A DNA stretch of 61,452 bases from Candidatus Bathyarchaeota archaeon (lineage in GTDB: Archaea > Thermoproteota > Bathyarchaeia > Bathyarchaeales > Bathyarchaeaceae): assembly GCA_963697165.1 (NCBI GenBank), contig CAVOMX010000019.1, positions 1-61,452 of the forward strand. The letters are read 5' to 3'. A model generated the notes under the pieces. The model saw nothing but the letters and a program-made list of their open reading frames with translations, did not search any database and had not been told where the DNA came from. Numbering within the stretch: the stretch's first letter is position 1; every line of letters starts with the position of its first letter. Shown in pieces: positions 46,060 to 56,263 of the stretch. The translations under genes and the position numbers were made by a program.

Positions 46060-47409
46060 TTGTTTTTTAATGAAGAAATTGAAACAATGAAACGAGAAAA
46101 CCTTGACTCGATGGTTGAAGATCGTATACGCTACACAGTGAGATATGCAAATGAAAACTCACCATTCTACCGGATGTGGTTTCGAAAAAATGGAGTGAAA
46201 CCCAGAGAAATCCGCACACACACTGACCTCTTAAATCTTCCAATCGTGACTAGTAAGACAATTCTAGAAAACCAGCCACCTATGAGTCAAGATTTTCAGT
46301 TTAAAAGTATTGACTGGAGTGAAGTTTTCACAATCCATGAAACCAGTGGCACAAGCGGTTCTCCAAAAACATTTTTTCTCACATGGAATGACTGGGAAAG
46401 ATATGCTGAAAAATATGCAAGAGCCTTTGTGTCTCAGGGGTTTGGCACAGGTGATCGTGTTGTGATTTGTGCTTCATATGGCATGAACGTAGGCGCCAAT
46501 ACTATGACTCTAGCTGCCAGAAAAGTTGGCATGACTATAATACCGGAGGGTAGGTGCACTTTTCCTCTTCGCGTCATTATGAATTACAACCCTACAGGTC
46601 TTGTGGGAAGTGTTTTTAAATTTCTAAGACTCGCCAGACAAATGTTTAAAGAAAAAATTTCCCCTAGCGAATTGGGTGTAAAACGTTTAGTAGTTGGTGG
46701 GGAAAGTTTTGCTGAAGAATCCCGTTCGTATCTTTCTGAAGTTTGGGGATGTGACGTTTTTAATACTTATGGAAGCACAGAGGGTACAATGTGTGGGGAA
46801 TGCAGCCAGACAAATGGACTTCATGTTCCAGAAGATTTGGTGCATCTGGACGTTTATGATCCAAGTCTTCATGATTTTGTTGGAGATGGAGAATGTGGTA
46901 GAATAATTCTTAGTACATTGTTGCCAGTGGGCGAAAAAAGTGGTAATTTGTTACTTAACTATGATACAGAAGACACATCCGTGGTGCTTTCTAGAGATAG
47001 ATGCGTCTGCGGTAGAACTCATATGAGAATAGTTAATCCCCAGCGTGAAAAGGAGACTTTTTGGATACATGGATCTCCTTTTAATCGTGTGGATGTGGAA
47101 CAAGGCGTTTTTCAGCGGGAGAATATGGAGTATCTTACAGGGGAATATGAGGCGTTTTTGTATGGAGATCAACTGGGTGAAGTAGCAACTCTTAGCGTGA
47201 ATCTTGAGTGCTCAGATTACAAAAAATGTAATATTCCAGTTGTCGAAGAGAATTTTCTCAAAGGATTTCTTAAATTCAAACCACAACTTAGGAAAGAACA
47301 CTTAGAAGACAAATTAGTAATTGAAATTAATTTCGTGAGACAAAACGAACTTGAAATTTACAAGTTTAAAGGCAGACCCAAAAGAGTGGTAGATAGAAGG
47401 CAACATTGA
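46060..47409 (+). CDS. ftsA: Coenzyme F390 synthetase (adenylate-forming, phenylacetate-CoA-ligase superfamily)
   Basis: IHETSGTSG, FFLTWNDWERYAEKYAR, CASYGMNVGANTMTLAA, GGESFA, NTYGSTEGTMCGEC and LLNYDTED are motifs I recognise from methanogen F390 synthetases. This is not the cell-division FtsA. Confidence 0.8.
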   Translation: MFFNEEIETMKRENLDSMVEDRIRYTVRYANENSPFYRMWFRKNGVKPREIRTHTDLLNLPIVTSKTILENQPPMSQDFQFKSIDWSEVFTIHETSGTSGSPKTFFLTWNDWERYAEKYARAFVSQGFGTGDRVVICASYGMNVGANTMTLAARKVGMTIIPEGRCTFPLRVIMNYNPTGLVGSVFKFLRLARQMFKEKISPSELGVKRLVVGGESFAEESRSYLSEVWGCDVFNTYGSTEGTMCGECSQTNGLHVPEDLVHLDVYDPSLHDFVGDGECGRIILSTLLPVGEKSGNLLLNYDTEDTSVVLSRDRCVCGRTHMRIVNPQREKETFWIHGSPFNRVDVEQGVFQRENMEYLTGEYEAFLYGDQLGEVATLSVNLECSDYKKCNIPVVEENFLKGFLKFKPQLRKEHLEDKLVIEINFVRQNELEIYKFKGRPKRVVDRRQH

Positions 47410-47412
47410 AAG

Positions 47413-47462
47413 ATATGTTTGGGTTTGGGTTTAAATTTTAGCATCTCTCAACAAAAACACGC
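47413..47462 (-). repeat. Copy of the palindromic repeat family, inverted orientation, 4 bp after the F390 synthetase stop
   Basis: Reverse complement GTGTTTTTGTTGAGAGATGCTAAAATTTAAACCCAAACCCAAACATAT matches 37031-37060. Confidence 0.8.
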
Positions 47463-47578
47463 ATTCATCTGATCATGCAAAATATCCAGCTATGCACTCG
47501 AATAAGAAATGAAATTGTAATATTATTTTGAAGTTCATAAAATGTAATAAGTCTAACAAATAAAATTCAATTAAGAAA

Positions 47579-48340
47579 ATGTCCAATACAAATGATTTAT
47601 TATTGTCAACATCACCCTTGACAAAAGACGAACGAACATTTAAGAAACCACTGAAAAGCCTGCTTTTAGTACATAAAATCTCTAAAGATTACAAAACAAT
47701 AAAGGATATTATTGAAAAAAATATGGTTGAAGCCTTTTCAAAAATGTACTTCCTGAAGCCAAAAGCCAACGAAATAGATTGCGAATCAATCACGCTTTGT
47801 TATGATTCATTCTTACTTGTAAATACAAAATATAGTATTGAATATTATAAAAATAAAAAATATAACATAAAATTAGATGAAAATGTTAAGGAGGCAATAA
47901 TTTTTGATCATAGCTTAAAACCTAAAGTCATTAATGAAAAGAAACATGGGATTCTGAAAGGAACAAAAAAAGAAATTGTCATTGAAAGCAAAGAAAGAGT
48001 GTTTTATGAAACCACAAAACAATTGGCATTAAATAGAAAAGGACGAAAAATAAATCGCCAAAAATTGCCCTCAGCCCCATCTGAACCTGAACCTGTAAAG
48101 TTTCTGAAAAATTACGCGACAAATGTAAGACACCCCGAGGGATCTATGTGGGAAATTCTAAACAAAAATATTATTAACAGACCTCCAGATGTTGCTCAGG
48201 TTATCAACGAAAATGTTGAAGTAACAGAACAAGTCTTGATTTATACCCCAATTTATGAAGCTAGATGCAGAAACCTCAAATCATGGGAAATAAAAATTAT
48301 ACCAGTAAGCGGCATTACAGGAAAAATCCTTTCTCTTTAA
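47579..48340 (+). CDS. Basic hypothetical protein
   Basis: 253-aa very AT-rich ORF ending LIYTPIYEAR...IPVSGITGKI. Confidence 0.65.
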   Translation: MSNTNDLLLSTSPLTKDERTFKKPLKSLLLVHKISKDYKTIKDIIEKNMVEAFSKMYFLKPKANEIDCESITLCYDSFLLVNTKYSIEYYKNKKYNIKLDENVKEAIIFDHSLKPKVINEKKHGILKGTKKEIVIESKERVFYETTKQLALNRKGRKINRQKLPSAPSEPEPVKFLKNYATNVRHPEGSMWEILNKNIINRPPDVAQVINENVEVTEQVLIYTPIYEARCRNLKSWEIKIIPVSGITGKILSL

Positions 48341-48776
48341 CAAAAATCAACTATCAAAACATTCCCTGTAGAAATAATGCAAGTCTTATTCATAAATCTG
48401 CATTTTTGAACTTAAATTATGCCCAACAAAGAAGAAAATACAAACTATAGATACTGAAGACTCAAAAAATAAAAGGTATTGAACTGCGTTAAATAGAACA
48501 ATCATTTCACACAATACTGTCACAAATAGTCCATTTAATAGGAATAAAAGTTACATTTTAAGTGACCAAGAATAAAAATGAAAATATCCCGTTTCTTCCA
48601 TGTTAAACCAAGTAACAATTAATGTGACCAAACATTCAAGAATTTAATTTCTTAACACCAAAGGATAACTCAAAGGATAACAATAAAATATTCTAATAAA
48701 CAGTTGGGCGACCATCAACTGAGCAATACCCACAACCATGAAACATGTCTGATTAAAAATAGAGGAAAACAAAAAA

Positions 48777-49952
48777 ATGAAACATACTTTCGCCTTTTTC
48801 TTGAACATGCTAATACTGTCCGCTGCAATTTTTGTTCAATACAAGCCCATACCCCAAAACGAAGAAGAAGCCCCATTCTACTTAGGCGTCACTTTTTGTG
48901 GGAACACAACTGTGGAAGCCAAACTGCTTATTGACAGAATAAAAACTTACTCCAACCTTTTCATTCTGCAATCTGGACCCATAAGCAAAAACGAAACTGT
49001 AATAAACGAAATCTGCGATTACGCGGTTGCCTCTGGATTGAACATTATAGTGTATTTTGGCTGGTTTGACACCGATCATCAATGGCAGATTCCATGGCTC
49101 GACTATGCTAAACAAAGATGGGCAAACCATTTCTTAGGAGTCTATTACTATGACGAACCAGGCGGAATTCAAATAGACTACAATTGGCCACACTTCTTTA
49201 ACAAAATAAAGCAGCAGAACTCAACGCTGTATCAGACATTGGCTCCTACAATAGAAAGTTACCTTGAAGGTACCTTACCGCGGGATTATGATGCAGCAGC
49301 AGACCATTTCACCAGTTTCCTCCAGAATAACCCAGACCTTAAAGAATTAAAAAGCCGCTCGATTACAACATTCACTTCCGACTATGCGCTTTACTGGTTC
49401 GACTATCTAGGAGGATATGACGTCGTGTTTGCAGAGTTTGGATGGAACAACAGCATAGTTCAAGAAACCGCTTTAGTAAGGGGCGCTGCGCAGATACAAA
49501 ACAAAAGCTGGGGCGCAATCATAACTTGGAAATATATGGATTCGCCCTACTTGGACAGCGGAGACAACATATATGATCAGATGTGCACAGCTTACGAGGC
49601 AGGAGCCAAATATGTGGTGATCTTCAATTACCCGCAGATTGACGATAACCCCTATGGAATAATGCGTGACGAACATTTTGAAGCCCTAGAAAGATTATGG
49701 AAGGACATAACACCAACACAGAAAATAACACAAGGTTCAACAAAAGCCGAAAACATACTAGTCTTACCCAAAAACTACGGATGGGGAATGAGGCATCCTG
49801 ATGACAAAATTTGGTACTGGGGACCAGATGAAGAAACACCCCAAATCTGGGAGTTTACACGCAAACTTCTCTTGCAGTATGGACTCAAATTAGACATAGC
49901 ATACGAAGACACCGAATTTCCAATAACAAACCAATATGTACTAACATTCTAA
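48777..49952 (+). CDS. Secreted hypothetical protein, possible glycoside-hydrolase-like TIM barrel
   Basis: Signal anchor, FLGVYYYDEPGG, FTSDYALYWFDY and RGAA...WGAIITW motifs. Confidence 0.7.
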   Translation: MKHTFAFFLNMLILSAAIFVQYKPIPQNEEEAPFYLGVTFCGNTTVEAKLLIDRIKTYSNLFILQSGPISKNETVINEICDYAVASGLNIIVYFGWFDTDHQWQIPWLDYAKQRWANHFLGVYYYDEPGGIQIDYNWPHFFNKIKQQNSTLYQTLAPTIESYLEGTLPRDYDAAADHFTSFLQNNPDLKELKSRSITTFTSDYALYWFDYLGGYDVVFAEFGWNNSIVQETALVRGAAQIQNKSWGAIITWKYMDSPYLDSGDNIYDQMCTAYEAGAKYVVIFNYPQIDDNPYGIMRDEHFEALERLWKDITPTQKITQGSTKAENILVLPKNYGWGMRHPDDKIWYWGPDEETPQIWEFTRKLLLQYGLKLDIAYEDTEFPITNQYVLTF

Positions 49953-50080
49953 AAGGCAAAAACAAGTTATAGCCAATATAAAAGAAAAATAACCCCCATG
50001 TTGAGGCATTTACCCAAATGTTGGAAAGCACCAACTCCATAGACAAAAAAGGAATCTGTCGAATTGGCTTTTGTACAACT

Positions 50081-50839
50081 TTACGCTTTGATCTTCTCTT
50101 TCTTGATTACATTTCTGAACGTTTTGTTGCAGTTTCCGCATTTGTACAAGGCTATTGTTAGTTGTGATCTTTCACCAGTCTTACTAGGTCTTCCAGCCAT
50201 CTGCCACGTCTTAACTGGCTTTGACAGGGTTTCACATTCAGGGCACTCGGCCACTTCAGGGTTACCTAAAGCGTTAAGCAGTTCTAACCTGAGGGCTTCA
50301 CCGGCGCTACACATTTTTGTGATTCGTTCAGCCAACTGAGTTTCTTTGAAAACCTCGTTTATCCAACGAGCAAAGTCGCCTCTGTTCTGGTGAAACTCCA
50401 AAGAAACAACAGGAACTTTTCCTATCTTCTTCTTAAGATCGTCCAGATTGAAGGCAGCCTCAAATAATGGTTTGTTGAAAGATTCGTAAAAGTAGAATCC
50501 CCATTCGGGAGTGACTTTTTCTTCCTTTTTTAAAATATTATTCAATTTAGGTATGTCCCCAAAACCTTGTTTATATTCGTTTAGAAGATTCTTAACTGTT
50601 TCTTCCCAGTTAACGATGCCCATTCTTCGATAGTACACGGTCTCGCGTTTGCGAGGATCATCAGAAAAGTTTGTCGCATTGTAGCGGGTGAATGTTTCGC
50701 GAAGGTTGGGACTTCCGCCAATATAGAGCATATGTCGGTTTTTGTCGTAAAAAGCGTAGACACCGCTCTCTTCTGGAACACCTTTGGCTTTTTCGCCCCA
50801 CAGGTACAGTTTACCTTGAATCGGCATCTTATCTCCCAA
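50081..50839 (-). CDS. Fusion of GIY-YIG-like domain, DUF5752-like domain and Cren7-like zinc ribbon
   Basis: VPEESGVYAFYD...LYIGGSPNLR; FYFY...SLEFHQNRGDFARWI; CPEC...KTWQMAGRPSKTG...IALYKCGNCNKTFR. Confidence 0.7.
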   Translation of the reverse strand: MGDKMPIQGKLYLWGEKAKGVPEESGVYAFYDKNRHMLYIGGSPNLRETFTRYNATNFSDDPRKRETVYYRRMGIVNWEETVKNLLNEYKQGFGDIPKLNNILKKEEKVTPEWGFYFYESFNKPLFEAAFNLDDLKKKIGKVPVVSLEFHQNRGDFARWINEVFKETQLAERITKMCSAGEALRLELLNALGNPEVAECPECETLSKPVKTWQMAGRPSKTGERSQLTIALYKCGNCNKTFRNVIKKEKIKA

Positions 50840-51099
50840 TACAAATAATATGTTAAGGCATATTTATGAAGTCTTTGGAGCTTTCCCAGAAAACTGATCT
50901 TCTAAAACAAGAAATCATATTTCGCAACTAGAAGGGATAATGGTTCCAGCTAAATATGTTTTTGAGACCCATTCTTGGGAACATTTGGTAATCAATCTTG
51001 GTCAAGCCAGTATTTTATGGCACCATCTGATACTGGCTCCACTACGGGATTTTCTGCGAGACAACTTACCAATTAACAATCCTTCCAGCGTCTAAGTTA

Positions 51100-51651
51100 T
51101 CAAACTATACAATCAACTATCTTGTCGGTAACAATACTGTGAAGGCTTGCTCGGTTCTCGCGCGTTACGACAATAATTTCTGTGTCCTCCCTCATTTTGA
51201 TGCCTTCAATTATTGAGTTACTTAATTTGTAATGAATTGTCCCAAACAAGGGTTTACTGCTTTCCACCGCCTGGAGTATTGCGTTGCTGAAGGCTGTTGA
51301 CAAAAGCTCCATTGGACCTATCTCGTCTATTGCTATTATATCCGCGTTTTGAACAGCATCAATGATAGAACCCGCGCCGATTACATCAAGATCAGTCAAG
51401 TTAATATGATACTTGCCAACTACGGGACCTTTTGACTCATTTATATGAGCTAACCATCCCCTCTGCCCAGTGGACAAATCCTTGAGCTCAAAACCCACAC
51501 GTAATCCTCCTTCACGAACCTCACGACAAATAATTCCACCGACAGCATATCCCCTATTCTTAAGTTCCTTCACTGTTCGACGCATTATGCTTGTTTTACC
51601 AATTCCTGGAGGACCAGTAACAAGTATTATTCGCTTCAGCTCAATCACCAC
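51100..51651 (-). CDS. Nucleoside-triphosphatase THEP1/NTPase_1
   Basis: TGPPGIGKT, EVREGGLRVGF and IAIDEIGPMEL motifs. Confidence 0.92.
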   Translation of the reverse strand: MVIELKRIILVTGPPGIGKTSIMRRTVKELKNRGYAVGGIICREVREGGLRVGFELKDLSTGQRGWLAHINESKGPVVGKYHINLTDLDVIGAGSIIDAVQNADIIAIDEIGPMELLSTAFSNAILQAVESSKPLFGTIHYKLSNSIIEGIKMREDTEIIVVTRENRASLHSIVTDKIVDCIV

Positions 51652-51725
51652 GCTTCTGGCTAGACTAACTCTAATATCTAGTTGTTGTAATAAAAGATTC
51701 AGTGCGCATGTAGGAGCTATAAAGT

Positions 51726-52934
51726 TTGAGCTTTGGTTTCCCGACTGAAATAATAACCGAGGGAAAAGTCAAGGTAGTGGTACCTAGACATGCTGCTTAC
51801 AAAAAAAAGCCGTCAGATTACGCACCATCTATGGCACCCGTATTCTACAACCCCACAATGGAACTAAACAGAGACTTGGCAGTTTTAGCACTGCAGACGC
51901 ATCAGAAGCTTTTGGGGAGAGAAATCTCGGTTTCTGAACCATTGACAGGATGTGGGCTACGGGGCGCAAGATTTGCTGTGGAAGTAGAGGGCGTCCGAAA
52001 GGTGTCTGTGAATGACATCAAACCAGAAGCGACAGAGGTTGCAACCTTTAATGGTAAACTGAATGATGTCGAGGACATTGTTGAGGTGACTAACGAGGAC
52101 GCTAACCTTTTTCTCAGCAGACACGCAGCGCCAAGAAAAAGGTTCGACTACGTTGATGTTGACCCATTTGGACCTCCCGTGACATTCATGGATTCTGCCA
52201 TACGATCTCTACGTAACGGCGGCTTGCTCGCGTTAACCGCCACGGACATGGCTCCCCTATGTGGGGTTCATCCACGAGCGTGCCTTCGAAAGTATGGCGG
52301 AACCCCGTTGCGCACAGAGTATTGCCATGAGCTGGCTGTTCGCCTCGTTGCCGGATGCCTAACCATGATGGCTGCAAAACATGAAATAGGAATCGAAGTC
52401 GTGTTCAGCCACAGCATAGACCATTACGTTCGATCCTACGCAGTTGTCAACTATGGCGCTAAAGTGGCGGACAATAGCGTACAGCAGATGGGCTACATTC
52501 TCCACTGCTTCTCATGCTTTCACAGAGAAACAGTCACGGGAATAACTTCTCCCCTAAAGCGGGTTTGCCCGAGTTGCGGAGCAAAGTTGAGTGTTGCTGG
52601 TCCCCTGTGGCTAAGCAAGATAGCGGACAAAAACTTTTGCTCAATGATGGAAAGGGAGATGGAGGGAAGAGGCTTTAGACAGGCGAAGAAACTTCAGAAG
52701 ATACTCTCTCTTGTCCAGAAGGAGGCTGAAGCGCCAGTCACCTATTATGCAGTGGACAAAATCTGTGACAAGCTGAATCTGCCTGTTCCGCCCCAAAAGA
52801 AAGTTCTTGACAGAATAAGAGAAGCGGGCTTCCGTGCTGTTCTTACGCATTTTAACAGCAGAGGCTTCAAAACCGATACCCCAATCAACACAATAAAAGA
52901 GATAATCACAGACTTGGCAAATAAGAATGGTTAG
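51726..52934 (+). CDS. trm1: tRNA (guanine-26-N2)-dimethyltransferase
   Basis: VFYNPTMELNRD, DVDPFG, TATDMAPLCG, CFSC...CPSC and GPLW motifs. Confidence 0.95.
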   Translation: MSFGFPTEIITEGKVKVVVPRHAAYKKKPSDYAPSMAPVFYNPTMELNRDLAVLALQTHQKLLGREISVSEPLTGCGLRGARFAVEVEGVRKVSVNDIKPEATEVATFNGKLNDVEDIVEVTNEDANLFLSRHAAPRKRFDYVDVDPFGPPVTFMDSAIRSLRNGGLLALTATDMAPLCGVHPRACLRKYGGTPLRTEYCHELAVRLVAGCLTMMAAKHEIGIEVVFSHSIDHYVRSYAVVNYGAKVADNSVQQMGYILHCFSCFHRETVTGITSPLKRVCPSCGAKLSVAGPLWLSKIADKNFCSMMEREMEGRGFRQAKKLQKILSLVQKEAEAPVTYYAVDKICDKLNLPVPPQKKVLDRIREAGFRAVLTHFNSRGFKTDTPINTIKEIITDLANKNG

Positions 52935-52935
52935 T

Positions 52936-53547
52936 TTATTGTATGCCCAGTTTTCTGTAGATTCTCGGTTTCTCTTTTTCAGCTTTGGTTTGGATGGTTT
53001 CGAAAAGGTTGTTTCCGTGGCAGTCGATTGCTACAGTTAAGGGTCCAAAATCCTCAACTTCCAGTATCCACATGGCTTCGGGCATTCCCAAGTCACTCCA
53101 TTCTACGCCCTTGACATGTTTTATGGCTTTGGCTGCCAGAACCGCTGCTCCTCCAGTAAAGGCTCCATAAACTACTCCATACTGTTTCATGGCATCAACG
53201 GTCTTCTTGCCCATACCTCCCTTCCCCACCACAACGCGAACCTTGAAGTTCTTGATGAATTCGTCCTCGAATATATCCATACGTGCGCTTGTTGTTGGGC
53301 CAGCAGCCACCACATTCCAGTCGCCACCATCCTCTTTTACTATTGGACCACAATGAAAAACCGCCAACCCCTCTAGGTTGATGGGCAACAGTTTTCCCTC
53401 TTGATGGAAATCTAGTGCTCTTCTGTGTGCGGCATCTCGTGCAGTAACAATTGTGCCGGTAATGTAGAGGGTGTCATTTACTCCAAGTTTTCTAACTTCG
53501 GTCTCCGAAATTGGTGTTCTAAGCCTGTAGATGGTCATACCTTTCAC
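52936..53547 (-). CDS. Fe-S fumarate hydratase/tartrate dehydratase beta subunit
   Basis: TARDAAH, HCGP, GPTTSARM, GKGGM and LGMPEAMW motifs. Confidence 0.93.
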   Translation of the reverse strand: MKGMTIYRLRTPISETEVRKLGVNDTLYITGTIVTARDAAHRRALDFHQEGKLLPINLEGLAVFHCGPIVKEDGGDWNVVAAGPTTSARMDIFEDEFIKNFKVRVVVGKGGMGKKTVDAMKQYGVVYGAFTGGAAVLAAKAIKHVKGVEWSDLGMPEAMWILEVEDFGPLTVAIDCHGNNLFETIQTKAEKEKPRIYRKLGIQ

Positions 53548-54425
53548 ATCACCTTATGAGACAGATACTCCACTTTTCCGTCAGAATAAATGCGAGCTGA
53601 GGCTCTTCTGGCAGCCCAGCACTGAGCCACCACAGCCACAGGATATGATGCGGGGTGTCTGTAAGCGTAATCAACCTTTACATCCAAAACTGTTATTTTG
53701 CCGCCCAATCCCATGGGTCCGATTCCCGTCGAGTTCGCAGCTTCACGCAGCTCCTGTTCAAGTTTTGCCAGTTCAGGTTTGGGGTTAGGATAATTTAATG
53801 GTTTTAGCAGAGCCTCTTTTGCTAGTTTCATTGCTATGTCAGCGCCTCCCCCAACTGCGACGCCTAAGATTGTTGGGGGACAAGGTTTTGCGCCAGCCTT
53901 GATTATGGTGTCGATGACAAATTTTTTGAGTCCGTTGATTCCTTGGCTTGGGCTGAGCATTCCTAGGGCCGAAACGTTTTCTGAGCCTCCTCCCTTTGGC
54001 ATAACCGTGATTTCAAGGCCGTCTCCGGGCACGATTTCCCAGTGTATGTAGGGAACATGTCTTCCTGTGTTGTCTCCCGTGTTTTTTTGGGTGAATGGGT
54101 CAACTGCGTTAGGACGAAGAGGCACCTCCTTAGTTGCCCGTACTGTGGCTTTGCGTAGAGCATCCTCAATTTTGTCCAGTCCATCTAGTTTGCTGCCTGC
54201 CTTCACATAGAAGATGACCACGCCCGTATCTTGACACATAGGAGTACACGTTTTCTGGGCTAAAGCCACGTTATCTAAGATGACTTTCAGTTGAGACTTT
54301 CCAACAGGATTTTCCTCTTGGCGATACGCCCGCTGGAGAGCATCCTTCACGTCTTGCGGTAGCTCTGTGACCGCCAGTTGTAGAAGTTTTACCGCCACAT
54401 TCTCCACAACTTGCTCAGATACCAA
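53544..54425 (-). CDS. Fe-S fumarate hydratase/tartrate dehydratase alpha subunit
   Basis: PMCQDTG, PLRPN, KGGGSEN, PCPP, GIGPMGLGG, HPAS and CWAAR motifs. Confidence 0.93.
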   Translation of the reverse strand: MVSEQVVENVAVKLLQLAVTELPQDVKDALQRAYRQEENPVGKSQLKVILDNVALAQKTCTPMCQDTGVVIFYVKAGSKLDGLDKIEDALRKATVRATKEVPLRPNAVDPFTQKNTGDNTGRHVPYIHWEIVPGDGLEITVMPKGGGSENVSALGMLSPSQGINGLKKFVIDTIIKAGAKPCPPTILGVAVGGGADIAMKLAKEALLKPLNYPNPKPELAKLEQELREAANSTGIGPMGLGGKITVLDVKVDYAYRHPASYPVAVVAQCWAARRASARIYSDGKVEYLSHKVM

Positions 54426-54591
54426 AATGTTGTCCTCTCCGTAAAGAGCAGAGTTATAGGATATGTCTTATACTTTTTGCTACAGACCTGTTTTGCTTTC
54501 ATCGGTTGTTGATCGAACGTTTTATTTGCGATATGGTCTAACTTAAATACGCACAAGCTATTGCGTTTAAATCTGGAACTGAGGCACCAAG

Positions 54592-55578
54592 ATGAGTGAA
54601 GGGGCAGCCCTAGAAAAGAAGAGATACGAGTGCCTGGAAGACCTTGAGATAGGGTCTGCCATGTCCAAAAAGCTCCGGGAGCTAGGATTCCACACAGTCG
54701 AGAATCTTGCCATGGCTACAGCCAAGGAGCTAGAGCAGACAGGCATGAATAAAAAAAATGCCGAAAAGCTGATTCGCAAAGCTCGTTTAAGCATGCCTCT
54801 CCAGTTCATCAGAGGAGACGAACTGGTGAAGATGCGCCAAAACGTTCTACGTTTGACTACGGGAAGTAGCATGCTAGATAAACTGTTGGGTGGAGGCGTC
54901 GAATCACAGTCAATCACGGAATTTTATGGCGAGTATGGGAGTGGAAAAAGCCAGATTTGCCATCAGTTGTGTGTTAATGTGCAGTTGCCTCCTGAGCAGG
55001 GCGGTTTGGGTGGCGCAGCTCTTTATATAGACACAGAGAATACGTTCCGAACTGAGCGAATTTTTCAGATGTCAAAGAATGTGGGTTTAGACCCGGAAGA
55101 TGCACTTAAGAACATAATTTTTGCTGAGGCATACACGTCTGATCATCAAATGTTTCTTTTAGAGAATTCAGATAAAGTAATTAAAGAAAATCAAGTCCGC
55201 TTAATCATTGTAGATTCCTTGACTTCTCACTTCAGAAGCGAATATATGGGCAGAGAGATGCTAGCAGAGAGACAACAGAAACTCAACAAACACATGCACA
55301 TGCTGATTCGGCTTTCCAGAGCATTCAATGCCGTAGCAGTTGTCACAAATCAGGTTATGTCCAAGCCGGATGTGTTCTTTGGCGATGTCATACATCCGGT
55401 TGGTGGTCATATAGTGGCGCATACTAGTCATACCCGTGTATTTCTTCGAAAGTCTGCTCGTGGACCAGTGAGAATTGCACGTCTTGTTTCTAGTCCATAC
55501 CTAGCTGAGGGGGAAGGAGTTTTTAGGGTTTCCGAAAGAGGAATAGAGGATGTTAACGAAAATGAGAGGGAGAGTTAA
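54592..55578 (+). CDS. radA: DNA repair and recombination protein RadA
   Basis: GEYGSGKSQ, YIDTENTFR, IVDSLTSHFRSEY, LAERQQKL and GGHIVAH motifs. Confidence 0.97.
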   Translation: MSEGAALEKKRYECLEDLEIGSAMSKKLRELGFHTVENLAMATAKELEQTGMNKKNAEKLIRKARLSMPLQFIRGDELVKMRQNVLRLTTGSSMLDKLLGGGVESQSITEFYGEYGSGKSQICHQLCVNVQLPPEQGGLGGAALYIDTENTFRTERIFQMSKNVGLDPEDALKNIIFAEAYTSDHQMFLLENSDKVIKENQVRLIIVDSLTSHFRSEYMGREMLAERQQKLNKHMHMLIRLSRAFNAVAVVTNQVMSKPDVFFGDVIHPVGGHIVAHTSHTRVFLRKSARGPVRIARLVSSPYLAEGEGVFRVSERGIEDVNENERES

Positions 55579-55583
55579 GTAGG

Positions 55584-56000
55584 ATGCCAATTTCGAAGAT
55601 TCATGTAGTTAGATTCTTCCAGCTTTTGAAGGGAAGACGGTTTGCTGAAGCGGAACGTGTGCTTGAACGAATTAGACAAAAGACAAACCAGACAGAATGG
55701 AACAGTGGATACCTTCACGCTCTAGATGGAATAATTCTTGCCCAGAAATCAAATGACTCCTACGCGTTCGTTAGGAACGTGAACTTCGAGGACGAAAAAG
55801 AGCTAAAAAAGAGCAGAAAAGAGTTCTTGAAGGAATACAAAAATAAGATTCACTCAGATAACGATCGCGGTTTCTTTGCAGCATGGGCAGATTACATGCT
55901 CATAACAGTAAAGGAAATGCCAAACACAGAAACAGACAAGACACCTATCGAAACAAACCAAGAAGAAGACAGCACTCTACAAACTGAACCAACAGAGTAA
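55584..56000 (+). CDS. Conserved hypothetical protein downstream of radA
   Basis: 138-aa ORF 5 bp after radA, with RRFAEAERVL, GYLHALDG and RGFFAAW motifs. Confidence 0.75.
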   Translation: MPISKIHVVRFFQLLKGRRFAEAERVLERIRQKTNQTEWNSGYLHALDGIILAQKSNDSYAFVRNVNFEDEKELKKSRKEFLKEYKNKIHSDNDRGFFAAWADYMLITVKEMPNTETDKTPIETNQEEDSTLQTEPTE

Positions 56001-56263
56001 ATGATATCACCAGTTAATATTATTATAATAAAGTAACTTTCAATTTTTGTATCTATCTTTGAAAGTTTCTTACCTAAAGGACGAAAATCCCAGTAAACAC
56101 TACAAACGAACAGGTGTCTAAACGGGTACTGACACAAGTAACACGAACATATTAGGAGACTAATAACAGCTTATTTCTTAAAACAGCCTTTTTTAAGGAA
56201 AAACTGCAGTTTACACCAGATTTTCATAAATGTCGTGAAAGAACTCTGCCCTTTTGTTTGCTT

